Shown: in pieces, positions 1 through 8,359 of the stretch
Position numbering within the stretch: position 1 is the first letter of the stretch
How the letters are laid out: every line of letters begins with the position of its first letter
Source of the DNA: a virus
Lineage: Duplodnaviria > Caudoviricetes
DNA: 29,011 bases
IMG/VR virus record: IMGVR_UViG_3300021956_000060
Coordinates: 1 to 29,011 of that record
Strand: one strand, 5' to 3'
Position numbers and translations under genes: made by a program
The notes under the pieces: generated by a model
What the model saw: only the letters and a program-made list of their open reading frames with translations
The model's database searches: none
What the model was told of the DNA's origin: nothing

Positions 1-117
1 AGTTATATTGCTGGCGCAAATACGACCAAAGCTAGTGTGAGCCTTGCAACTCGAGGCGTTGCGACAATTTTGTTTATCAGCGGGACGGTTTGCGTAATTA
101 GCGGAAACGTGAGCTAA
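1..117 (+). CDS. 3' end of a virion/fibre-associated protein (partial)
   Basis: Open frame 1 SYIAGANTTKASVSLATRGVATILFISGTVCVISGNVS* ends in TAA at 115-117, 2 nt before the next ATG. Confidence 0.75.
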   Translation, partial: SYIAGANTTKASVSLATRGVATILFISGTVCVISGNVS

Positions 118-119
118 AA

Positions 120-1799
120 ATGTCTGGAATTTTCCATTTGTTGCTTGGGCAAGTGGTTAGCAGCGGCTACACCATTGTTGAGAAGTTCCTTGCCTCTGGC
201 ACTTGGACTGCGCCCACGGGCGTTACGGCAACCGATTATTTGGTTGTTGCGGGTGGTGGTGGTGGTGCTTATAGCGGCACAGGGTTTAGTGTTGGCGGCG
301 GCGGCGGTGGCGGCGGAGCGGGTGGATTTAGAACCGGCACGGCATTAAGTGTTACTGCCGGAACCGATTATGCAATTACTGTTGGTGCTGGAGGAACTCA
401 AGCAGCAGCGGGCAACAATTCTGTATTTAGCACAATCACTTCTGCCGGTGGTGGCGGTGGCGGAGTGCCCGGAGGAACTGGACAACCAGCAGTTTCGCCA
501 ACTGCTGGAGGTTCTGGCGGTGGTGGTGGCGGATTCAATGTTGCAAACACCCAAAATGGAGCCGCAGGAAACACGCCTAGCACTAGCCCGTCGCAAGGAA
601 ATAATGGCGGAAATGGTTTTGGCAGTGACACGGACGCCAACGTACAAAGCGCTGGCGGCGGCGGAGGCGCATCAGCTGTAGGCGCAAATGCTGCATCTGC
701 GGCAGGAGGAAATGGCGGCGCGGGCACAGCATCCACAATTAGTGGCAGCAGCGTAACGTATGCTGGTGGCGGCGGTGGTGGCAAACGAAATAATTTAGGC
801 ACGCCGGGAACGGCAGGATCGGGCGGCTCTGGAGGCGGAGGCGCTGGAAACAACAATGGAAATGGAACCGCAGGAACCGCTAATACGGGCGGTGGTGGCG
901 GCGGCGGTGGCGGTGGTTCGTCTACTACAAATGGTTCTACAGGCGGCTCCGGCATCGTCATTCTGTCGTACACGATGGCCGCCGGCACTCCGATCATCTT
1001 TAAGTCCACAGCAACGTGGACAGCGCCTACTGGTGCAACCACCGTTGACTACCTTGTTGTAGCCGGCGGCGGTGGCGGCGGCGCAGATGGCTATACTCCG
1101 TTTGGCGCAGGCGCTGGTGGCGGTGGTGGCGCAGGCGGATTCCGTACTGGGACTGGGTTGTCGGTAACGGCTGGAACTAGTTATGTAGTTACGGTTGGAG
1201 CCGGAGGAATTGGAAACCCAGATGGAACTGCCGCACAAGGCGGTCAAGGTAGTAATTCCGTATTTAGCACTATTACTAGTGCTGGCGGCGGTGGCGGCGG
1301 GTATTCAACGGGGCCATCAAATGCCGCGCAAAATGGCGCAAATGGCGGCTCCGGTGGCGGCGGCGGTGGAATTAACGGAAACGGTACAACTGGAGGAACT
1401 GGAAATACTCCTTCAGTATCTCCGTCGCAAGGGTCAAATGGCGGATCGGGAAGTTCCGTTGCAAATTACGGCGCTGGTGGTGGTGGCGGCGCGTCAGCAT
1501 CCGGTGGAAACGGAAACACTACAGCATCGGGTAATGGCGGCGCAGGAACAGCGTCAACATTGTCTGGAAGCAGCGTTACTTATGCTGGCGGCGGTGGCGG
1601 TGGTGGAGCGTCAACTGCATACGCCATCACAGCCGGAACAGGCGGGTCTGGTAGCGGCGGAAACGGTGGGACTCCTTCCGTTGTAGCGCAAAGCGGCACC
1701 GCTAATACTGGCGGCGGTGGCGGTGGCGCTGGAGATGCTGCGGCTGGAAAAAATGGCGGTAACGGCGGTTCCGGCATTGTTATTTTGAAGGTGAACTAA
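120..1799 (+). CDS. Glycine-rich fibre/adhesin-like protein with two tandem Gly-rich domains
   Basis: 559 aa. Two copies of TWTAPTG..DYLVVAGGGGG...GGAGGFRTGT...NSVFSTITSAGGGGG...SGSSVTYAGGGGGG...ANTGGGGGG...GGSGIVIL. Confidence 0.85.
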   Translation: MSGIFHLLLGQVVSSGYTIVEKFLASGTWTAPTGVTATDYLVVAGGGGGAYSGTGFSVGGGGGGGGAGGFRTGTALSVTAGTDYAITVGAGGTQAAAGNNSVFSTITSAGGGGGGVPGGTGQPAVSPTAGGSGGGGGGFNVANTQNGAAGNTPSTSPSQGNNGGNGFGSDTDANVQSAGGGGGASAVGANAASAAGGNGGAGTASTISGSSVTYAGGGGGGKRNNLGTPGTAGSGGSGGGGAGNNNGNGTAGTANTGGGGGGGGGGSSTTNGSTGGSGIVILSYTMAAGTPIIFKSTATWTAPTGATTVDYLVVAGGGGGGADGYTPFGAGAGGGGGAGGFRTGTGLSVTAGTSYVVTVGAGGIGNPDGTAAQGGQGSNSVFSTITSAGGGGGGYSTGPSNAAQNGANGGSGGGGGGINGNGTTGGTGNTPSVSPSQGSNGGSGSSVANYGAGGGGGASASGGNGNTTASGNGGAGTASTLSGSSVTYAGGGGGGGASTAYAITAGTGGSGSGGNGGTPSVVAQSGTANTGGGGGGAGDAAAGKNGGNGGSGIVILKVN

Positions 1800-2053
1800 T
1801 GAAGGCTTATCAACTCGTAGGCATCAACACGGCTATGCACTTGCTGCGCCCCGGCGCAAAATGGGAAATTACGGGCGGCGTAGGTTTTACCCGTTGGGAA
1901 GATCCCCGACCGCAGCCCTCAATGGAAGAAGTCATGGAAACCATTGAGAAAATCAAAGCGTTTGAAGATTCCATCAATACCATTTTGCTCCCCGGCCAAC
2001 AGGAAGAAATGCAAGCGCAACTGGACGGCATCGAACAGGCGTACAACTCTTGA
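1799..2053 (+). CDS. XkdW-like small phage protein (putative fibre assembly factor)
   Basis: TAATG coupling with the upstream gene. LRPGAKW...RWEDPRPQPS pattern resembles XkdW-like proteins. Confidence 0.55.
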   Translation: MKAYQLVGINTAMHLLRPGAKWEITGGVGFTRWEDPRPQPSMEEVMETIEKIKAFEDSINTILLPGQQEEMQAQLDGIEQAYNS

Positions 2054-2652
2054 ACCTACACGGCATATTTCCGACGCCCGTTGCTAAGTTTGCGTTGGGT
2101 CGTGACTTTACGGCTAACGAAACCGACTTCGTGGCCGCACAGCCGACGCACAAAAACATGGGCAACACGACGAGCAACGACCGCTATGTGTTGGGTCACG
2201 ATACGCTGGCAAACCTTATGACATTTGTGCAGGCGTCTGTGGATGAATACGTCAAGGCAATCTACGCGCCGAAAGAAACCGTCTCGTTGCGTATTACGCA
2301 GTCTTGGTTAAATTACACAAAACCCGGCGAGTTTCATCACAAACACGCGCACCCCAACTCGTTTGTGAGCGGCGTGTTGTATTTAAAAGCCGCAAAAGAG
2401 CGCGACAAGATTTACTTCTACCGCGACGGATACCAGCAGATAAAACTGACCACGGACAACTGGAATTTATACAACAGCGAGTCGTGGTGGTTTGAAGTGG
2501 CGACCGGCGAACTGATCCTGTTTCCGTCAAGCCTTACGCACATGGTAGAAACCGTGCAGGGCGATGACCGAATTAGCCTTGCGTTTAACACTTTTCCAGT
2601 AGGTTTAGCCGGTAGCGAAGAATCGCTTACGGCTTTGCATTTGAGGGACTGA
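2050..2652 (+). CDS. 2OG-Fe(II) oxygenase, TIGR02466 / 2OG-FeII_Oxy_5-like
   Basis: WLN...HHKHAHPNSFVSGVLYL, GELILFPSSLTHMV and RISLAFN give HxH...H...RxS. TTG start overlaps the upstream TGA. Confidence 0.9.
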   Translation: MNLHGIFPTPVAKFALGRDFTANETDFVAAQPTHKNMGNTTSNDRYVLGHDTLANLMTFVQASVDEYVKAIYAPKETVSLRITQSWLNYTKPGEFHHKHAHPNSFVSGVLYLKAAKERDKIYFYRDGYQQIKLTTDNWNLYNSESWWFEVATGELILFPSSLTHMVETVQGDDRISLAFNTFPVGLAGSEESLTALHLRD

Positions 2653-2653
2653 C

Positions 2654-3025
2654 ATGGCGCACTTTGCAGAATTGGACGCAAACAATGTCGTGCTGCGAGT
2701 AATCGTAATCGCGACCAAAGACAACTCGGACGCAAACGGCGTGGAAAAAGAATCCATTGGCCGTGCGTTTTGCGAGCGTCTGTTTGGGGGCAACTGGGTG
2801 CAAACCAGTTACAACGGCAACATGAGGAAACGCTATGCGGGGATCGGATATTTGTATGACCCGGCGCTGGATGCGTTTATTGCGCCGCAACCGTTTCCGT
2901 CATGGGCGCTAGACGATAACGCCGATTGGCAGGCCCCTGTGCCGATGCCGACCGACGGCAAAATGTATGCGTGGGACGAAGATGCGCAGGCATGGGTTGT
3001 TTCTGACATGGCGGTTTCTGTCTAA
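2654..3025 (+). CDS. Conserved phage protein (MAHFAE... type), putative fibre-associated/chaperone
   Basis: SD GAGG upstream. WVQTSYN..RKRYAGIG..YD..DAFIAPQPFPSW..WQAPVPMP..Y.WDE pattern. Confidence 0.7.
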   Translation: MAHFAELDANNVVLRVIVIATKDNSDANGVEKESIGRAFCERLFGGNWVQTSYNGNMRKRYAGIGYLYDPALDAFIAPQPFPSWALDDNADWQAPVPMPTDGKMYAWDEDAQAWVVSDMAVSV

Positions 3026-3027
3026 AA

Positions 3028-3405
3028 ATGTTCGGCCTAGTCCCATTTTGCGTATTGCCGTTTGCCGATGACGCTGTTGGTGGCGCACCGCCGCCGCCTG
3101 TCATCCTTATAGACACGCACGATGGCGACAAGCGCAAAGATCACAAGTTCCGCGAAGAAGCCAAAAAGCGTGCGGAACGGCGGCAAGAGATTATTGCCGC
3201 TTACGAGGAATTGGTAGAGGGCAAACCGCGTGTGGCGCAAGAAATTGTTGCGCCGTTTGTGGAAGTTGCCGTGGTGGACGCCGAGGTTGTTCCGGTTGCC
3301 CAAATCAATTTTGACGCCCTGCTTAACGATGTGGCGCGCATGGAGCGGCTGTATCGGGAACTTCAAGAACTAGACGACGAGGAAGCATTGCTTTTGTTGT
3401 TATGA
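3028..3405 (+). CDS. Hypothetical head-module protein
   Basis: 125 aa ORF with DTHDG motif and acidic-then-hydrophobic C-terminus DDEEALLLLL. ATGA coupling to the next gene. Confidence 0.7.
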   Translation: MFGLVPFCVLPFADDAVGGAPPPPVILIDTHDGDKRKDHKFREEAKKRAERRQEIIAAYEELVEGKPRVAQEIVAPFVEVAVVDAEVVPVAQINFDALLNDVARMERLYRELQELDDEEALLLLL

Positions 3406-3752
3406 AACGACGTTACATCCAAGACGAAAACGGCGATTTTGTGGAAGTGGCAAAGAACAAGAAGGGCCAATGGCATTACGTCATGCCCGATATCCAGCCT
3501 TACAAATCCATGATTGACGGTCGGATGATAACCAGCCGGTCAGAACACCGAGCGCACCTCAAGGCCCACGGGTGTATGGAAATTGGCAACGAAGACCCCC
3601 TTAAACACGCTCCGAAGCCCGTAGAGGCCAAGAACTCACGAACCGAAGTGCTACGGCATCAACTTGCCAGCATGACCCATAAGGACGCTAACCGCCTCCT
3701 ATCGCGCCTCCGCGATGAAATCCGATTTACCCACGATCCCCACAGGAGATAA
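3402..3752 (+). CDS. Hypothetical protein upstream of scaffold
   Basis: 116 aa, coupled start. MPDIQPYKS..DG..ITSRS.HR.HLK.HG..EIGNE pattern. Confidence 0.75.
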   Translation: MKRRYIQDENGDFVEVAKNKKGQWHYVMPDIQPYKSMIDGRMITSRSEHRAHLKAHGCMEIGNEDPLKHAPKPVEAKNSRTEVLRHQLASMTHKDANRLLSRLRDEIRFTHDPHRR

Positions 3753-3755
3753 GTA

Positions 3756-4739
3756 ATGGATGCCCCCCAACAGCCCGTAGAAGCCGCCGATAACGAGCCG
3801 GTAGACCGTAAAAGTCTGCTGGCCGAGCAGTTTGAGGCAGCGGAAACGGACGCCCCCACAGGGCGCGATGATGCAGGCCGGTTCGCCAAGACAACCAAGG
3901 TTGAAGAACCCGCGCCGGAACCCGTAGAGGAGCCGGTTTGGAAGCGTCCCCCGGCATCGTGGAAAAAGGAATACCACGAGGCGTGGCAGAAGGCCGACCC
4001 GCGCATCCAAGAGTATGCGTGGCAGCGCGAAGAACAGATGCGTAAAGGCATTGAACCGCTGCTTTCCAAGAAGCAGTTTGCCGATGCGATGGAGCAGGCC
4101 ATTGAGCCTTACCGCCAGACCATTACCGGCCTCGGAATGAAGCCGGAGCAGGCTGTAGCGGCGCTAATGAAGGCCGATTACACCCTCCGAACGTCTGATC
4201 CGCAGACCCGGGCGCAGTATTTCGCGCAGTTGGCGCAGGAATACGGCATTGACCTATCGGGTATGGGCGCAGGCCAAGCCTATGCCCCGCAAACCACCGC
4301 CGATCCCTTGTTGTTTGCCCTCAAAAACGAGTTGGCAAGCGTCAAGGGCGAAGTGCTGACTTGGAAACAGCAGCAAGAGGCGATGGAACAGTCCAAGATG
4401 GCTAACGAAATTGACTCGTTCTCACAAAAGGCCGAGTTTTTTGAAGAAGCGCGTCCGACAATGATTCAACTGCTCCAATCGGGCATGGCGGAAACATTGG
4501 AAGATGCTTATGATAAAGCGTTACGTTTAGATTCCGAACTGTCTGCAAAAATACAGGAAAGCCGACAAGCCGAACTGGATAAAAAGCAGGCAGCGGAGAA
4601 AAACCGAGCAGCGAAAGCCGCTCGGGCTGCTGCGGTCAGCGTCAGAAGTGCCACACCCGGCGCGAACACGGCTCCCAAAGCGCAAAGTCGCCGCGCATTG
4701 CTTGAAGAATCGTTCAACGAGCAAGAATCGCGGTTTTAA
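3756..4739 (+). CDS. Capsid scaffolding protein
   Basis: Immediately upstream of MCP. Acidic/Pro N-terminus with RDDAGRFAK, helical body, PPASWKKE motif, SD AGGAG. Confidence 0.8.
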   Translation: MDAPQQPVEAADNEPVDRKSLLAEQFEAAETDAPTGRDDAGRFAKTTKVEEPAPEPVEEPVWKRPPASWKKEYHEAWQKADPRIQEYAWQREEQMRKGIEPLLSKKQFADAMEQAIEPYRQTITGLGMKPEQAVAALMKADYTLRTSDPQTRAQYFAQLAQEYGIDLSGMGAGQAYAPQTTADPLLFALKNELASVKGEVLTWKQQQEAMEQSKMANEIDSFSQKAEFFEEARPTMIQLLQSGMAETLEDAYDKALRLDSELSAKIQESRQAELDKKQAAEKNRAAKAARAAAVSVRSATPGANTAPKAQSRRALLEESFNEQESRF

Positions 4740-4762
4740 TCAACTGATACAGGAGTATTAAC

Positions 4763-5782
4763 ATGGCATTTGCCAACTCAAGCATCAGCGACATCATTGC
4801 GACCAACATTCAGAGCCGCACGGGTGAACTCGCTGACAACGTGACGAACAACAACGCGTTGCTTCGTCGCCTCAAGGACCGTGGGAACATTAAGACGTTC
4901 TCCGGCGGTAACGTGATTTTGCAGGAAATCATGTACAACGATACGACCACCAACAACACGAACTCGTACTCTGGTTACGAAGTGTTGAACGTTGGTCAGA
5001 ACTCGCCCATCTCGGCGGCGCAGTTCAGCATCAGCCAGTACGCCTCGGCGGTGTCCATCTCGGGTCTGGAAATGATCCAGAACTCGGGCAAAGAAGCCAT
5101 CATTGACTTGCTGGATGGCCGTATGGAAGTGGCCGAAGCGCAGTTGGCGAACCGCATCAGCGGTGACCTTTACGGCGACGGCACCGGCAACTCGGGCAAG
5201 AACCTCACCGGCCTCGCGGCGGCGGTTCCCGATAGCCCGTCCACCGGCACCTACGGTGGCATCAACCGTGCCACTTGGTCGTTCTGGCGTTCGGTGTCCT
5301 ACTCCGGCGTGACGAACGGCGGCGCGGCTGTTTCGGCTTCCAACATCCAGCAGTACATGGATGCGGTGGCCGTGCAGTTGATCCGTGGCACCGACAAGCC
5401 GGACTTGATCGTGGCCGACAACAACTACTATCGTCTCTATCTGCAGTCGCTGCAGAGCATCCAGCGCATCACGGACTCTGGTTCGGGCATGGCGGGTGCG
5501 GGCTTCGCGGCCCTCAAGTACTACGGCGCGGGCATGGCCTCCGACGTTGTGCTGGACGGTGGTATCGGTTCGTCCTCGTACAACTCGGGCAGCGGCAACG
5601 CCAACCATATGTGGTTCTTGAACACCAAGTACTTGATGTTCCGTCCGCATAAGGATCGCAACTTCGTGCCGATTGGTGGCGAGCGTCAAGCCGTCAACCA
5701 AGACGCGATTGTGAAGTTGATCGGCTGGGCCGGTAACCTCACCTCGTCTGGCCCGCAGTTCTGCGGCGTTTTAATTGCTTAA
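4763..5782 (+). CDS. Major capsid protein (HK97 fold)
   Basis: 339 aa, strong SD AGGAG at 4751, strongly C-ending codon bias. LADNVTNNNALL, LYGDGTG, GL, YGGINR motifs. Follows the scaffold. Confidence 0.92.
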   Translation: MAFANSSISDIIATNIQSRTGELADNVTNNNALLRRLKDRGNIKTFSGGNVILQEIMYNDTTTNNTNSYSGYEVLNVGQNSPISAAQFSISQYASAVSISGLEMIQNSGKEAIIDLLDGRMEVAEAQLANRISGDLYGDGTGNSGKNLTGLAAAVPDSPSTGTYGGINRATWSFWRSVSYSGVTNGGAAVSASNIQQYMDAVAVQLIRGTDKPDLIVADNNYYRLYLQSLQSIQRITDSGSGMAGAGFAALKYYGAGMASDVVLDGGIGSSSYNSGSGNANHMWFLNTKYLMFRPHKDRNFVPIGGERQAVNQDAIVKLIGWAGNLTSSGPQFCGVLIA

Positions 5783-5797
5783 TAGGGGTTAGCAAAC

Positions 5798-6106
5798 ATG
5801 GCATATTCACTTGCAAACCTTGGTGGTATTGACTTGAACAACGCTGCTCAAGTGCAGGCCACCTCGTACTACGCCAGCACCCCGGCTTACGTCCCGAATC
5901 AAGGGCCGTTGGGCGCGGAAGTGTTTGGTTCGGACGGTAAGCGTTATGTGTTTGCGAAAGCGAACGCATCCATTACCGCCTCCACTACGTCATGCACCGT
6001 CAACGCCACCACCTTTTTGGTGACGGCAACTGGCGGTTCGTACACCAGCCCGCCCGTAGACCTCGTTTCTGGGGACTACGCGTGGTTTGGCGCGACCTCT
6101 GTTTAA
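5798..6106 (+). CDS. Putative capsid cement/decoration protein
   Basis: 102 aa, beta-rich, directly after MCP. GSDGKRYVF and GDYAWF patterns. Confidence 0.6.
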   Translation: MAYSLANLGGIDLNNAAQVQATSYYASTPAYVPNQGPLGAEVFGSDGKRYVFAKANASITASTTSCTVNATTFLVTATGGSYTSPPVDLVSGDYAWFGATSV

Positions 6107-6113
6107 TTGAGTC

Positions 6114-6141
6114 GGGGGCGGGGGTAACACCTCGCCCCTTC
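6114..6141 (+). terminator. GC-rich hairpin after the capsid/cement genes (weak terminator or mRNA stabiliser)
   Basis: GGGGGCGGGG-GTAACA-CCTCGCCCCT, about 10 bp including G-U pairs. Only a short pyrimidine tail. Confidence 0.55.
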
Positions 6142-6157
6142 TCATAGGAGAACACAC

Positions 6158-6514
6158 ATGGCGATTCCTTCACGCGTGCAGGGTGCAGGGCAGTCGGGTG
6201 GTGCAACGACCGCAATTTGCGGTGACGTTGGCAACACGCTGACCGCTGCTGGCTCGTCTGCTTCGGATGCGTTGGCGCTTTCTGCCGTTCATAACCGCGT
6301 TTCCACGACCGCTGCCAGCACGGGTGTCAAACTCCCGCCTGCTGAAGCCGGTGCGATTGTGACCGTGGCGAATGACGGTGCGAACTCGCTAACCGTTTAT
6401 CCGCAGACGGGTACGACGATTGATGGCGGTGCGTCGGTGGCGATTGCGACCACGAAACGCCGTTTGTTTGTCGGCATTAGTCCGACTGTTTGGGTTTCCA
6501 TTCTGGGAGCCTAA
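6158..6514 (+). CDS. Virion structural protein, paralog 1
   Basis: SD AGGAG. 118 aa, Ala/Thr/Gly rich. TGVKLP..N.GAN.L.VYP..TI.G..W pattern. Confidence 0.75.
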   Translation: MAIPSRVQGAGQSGGATTAICGDVGNTLTAAGSSASDALALSAVHNRVSTTAASTGVKLPPAEAGAIVTVANDGANSLTVYPQTGTTIDGGASVAIATTKRRLFVGISPTVWVSILGA

Positions 6515-6517
6515 TCT

Positions 6518-6883
6518 GTGCCGATCCCGTCACGGGTTCTTGGTAGTGGGCTATCGCGCCTGTCTACCGTTTCCATTTGTGGAGACGGGGCAGATGCGAT
6601 TACCGCAACCGGAACCGTGGCGGGTGACGCATACCAACTGACGTATGTATTTAATGGCGTTAGCACGACTGCTAGCGGAACCGGCGTGAAACTACCGCAG
6701 ACCGAGATGGGCGAAGTGATTTACGTCACGAACTCGGGCGCGAACACGCTAAAGGTTTATCCTTACGACACCAATTCCACCATCAACGGGACTACATCCG
6801 CGTCGGTGGCTGCGAACTTTACAAGCATTTTTTACGCTGTATCCAACACAAAGTGGTACAGCATGACTGGCGCAAGAACTTAA
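6518..6883 (+). CDS. Virion structural protein, paralog 2
   Basis: GTG start. Colinear with 6158-6514 (IPSRV.G.G, ICGD, VSTTA, TGVKLP, GAN, VYP). Confidence 0.75.
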   Translation: MPIPSRVLGSGLSRLSTVSICGDGADAITATGTVAGDAYQLTYVFNGVSTTASGTGVKLPQTEMGEVIYVTNSGANTLKVYPYDTNSTINGTTSASVAANFTSIFYAVSNTKWYSMTGART

Positions 6884-6902
6884 TCCCCACAGGAGAAAGA
6901 CG

Positions 6903-7448
6903 ATGGCCCTTGACTCTGATATTTCATCCGCTGACGCCCAATTGCACGTTGAGTTTTTTATTGCCAAGGATGTTGAAGGATGGGACGGCAAACCCTTCAT
7001 TCGCATCATGGCTCCCGGCGACAAGACCAACATCATTGAACAGCCGGTGCGCGAGGATCACAAAGAACGATTCCCGCGCCAATGGCTGTACTTCCAAATG
7101 AAAAATAACGAAATTCAAGTTCCTGTTGTTGGTACGTCCTTGGACGATTGGCAGCGCGACAGCAAAGGCGAGGTTAGCCGCGCACAGGTTGAAGAACTCC
7201 GCATCCTCAAGTTTCAGACTGTGGAACAGGTTGCCGCGGCGTCTGATTCGCAATTGCAGCGCATTGGCATGGGTGGCCCGGGCCTCCGTGAACGCGCCAA
7301 GAGTTACTTGAACGTCAAGCACCGTAGCGAAAGCGCGGAAGAATTGGAAAAAACGCGCAGCGAGTTGGAAACGCTCAAAGCGCAAATGGCAGAACTGATG
7401 GCCGCTCGCAAGCCGGGACGGCCACCTAAAGTAGCCGAAGGAGGCTAA
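6903..7448 (+). CDS. Hypothetical protein with HhH-like segment, coiled coil and AT-hook-like tail
   Basis: FQTVEQVAAASDSQLQRIGMG segment and C-terminal RKPGRPPK. SD AGGAG. Confidence 0.7.
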   Translation: MALDSDISSADAQLHVEFFIAKDVEGWDGKPFIRIMAPGDKTNIIEQPVREDHKERFPRQWLYFQMKNNEIQVPVVGTSLDDWQRDSKGEVSRAQVEELRILKFQTVEQVAAASDSQLQRIGMGGPGLRERAKSYLNVKHRSESAEELEKTRSELETLKAQMAELMAARKPGRPPKVAEGG

Positions 7449-7450
7449 TC

Positions 7451-8359
7451 ATGGGCAGCACGATGCTTCAACTCGTCCAGCAAGTTACTAACGAACTGGG
7501 CGTCCCGACCCCTAGCACGGTGGCTGGCAACGCCAACCAAGACGTTGTGCAGATTCTGGCGCTTATGAACGCCACGGGATACGAGTTGTTGCGTCGGGCT
7601 GATTGGCGCGAACTAACCAAGCAGTACACGTTCTATACGGACGCGACGACCACTACGGGTGATTGGGCCAACGGTGGCTATCAAATCATCAACATCCCTA
7701 GCACTTCTGGTTTGTCCACCAACTACCAAGTGCAAGGTATCGGTATTGGCAACGCAACGTACATCACGAGCGTGGATAGCCCGACCGCTGTAACGGTCAA
7801 CCAAGCGTTTACTGAAGGACAGGTTGGGGGAACATTGACGTTCCAAAAGGTCAAGTACGACCTCCCTTCCGACTACAACAGCACCGTGCCGCGCACTCAT
7901 TGGGATAAGAGCAAACGTTGGGAAATGCTTGGCCCCGAGTCGGCGCAGCAATGGGAATGGCTGTTGTCGGGCTATATCAGCACCGGCCCGCGCATCCGCT
8001 GGCGGTTGCTTGGTAAGTACTTCCAGATTTGGCCGGGCGTCAACGCGGGAGAATATCTTGGGTTTGAATACCGCAGCAATGCGTGGGTTGAAAGCGCGTC
8101 TGGCGTGCCAAAAACATCGTTTACTGCCGACACAGATACTTGTCTTTATCCAGATCGCCTTGTCGTATTAAGCACCAAACTCAAATACTTTGAGGCCAAG
8201 GGCTTTGATACGACAGCGCTTTACCGCGACTACATCATGGAACTAGAAACCAGTATCGCGCAGGATACGTCGGCGGCTAACTTGTCGTTTGCCCCGCGTC
8301 CGGGTACGGTTCTTATCGGTTACGACAACATCCCGGATAGCGGGTACGGACAGTCGTAA
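7451..8359 (+). CDS. Head-tail adaptor (tail tubular A / P22 gp4-like) with inserted beta domain
   Basis: MLQLVQQV..ELG, W..L, YDLPSDY, FEYRS, KGFD patterns. Located before the nozzle gene, SD GGAGG. Confidence 0.65.
   Translation: MGSTMLQLVQQVTNELGVPTPSTVAGNANQDVVQILALMNATGYELLRRADWRELTKQYTFYTDATTTTGDWANGGYQIINIPSTSGLSTNYQVQGIGIGNATYITSVDSPTAVTVNQAFTEGQVGGTLTFQKVKYDLPSDYNSTVPRTHWDKSKRWEMLGPESAQQWEWLLSGYISTGPRIRWRLLGKYFQIWPGVNAGEYLGFEYRSNAWVESASGVPKTSFTADTDTCLYPDRLVVLSTKLKYFEAKGFDTTALYRDYIMELETSIAQDTSAANLSFAPRPGTVLIGYDNIPDSGYGQS

Noticed and set aside
398-1777. Poly-proline antisense ORFs
   Set aside because: Mirror of the GGY glycine codons in 120-1799.
120-1799. Repeat pair as a DGR template/variable region
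   Set aside because: No reverse transcriptase in the window. Differences are mostly synonymous and not adenine-specific, and both copies are in-frame coding.
4778-5701. 307-aa antisense ORF inside the major capsid gene
   Set aside because: Expected shadow of strong codon bias on the sense strand. No RBS or protein-like motifs.
5770-5800. Capsid read-through or frameshift extension
   Set aside because: MCP ends in tandem TAA TAG with no clear slippery heptamer.
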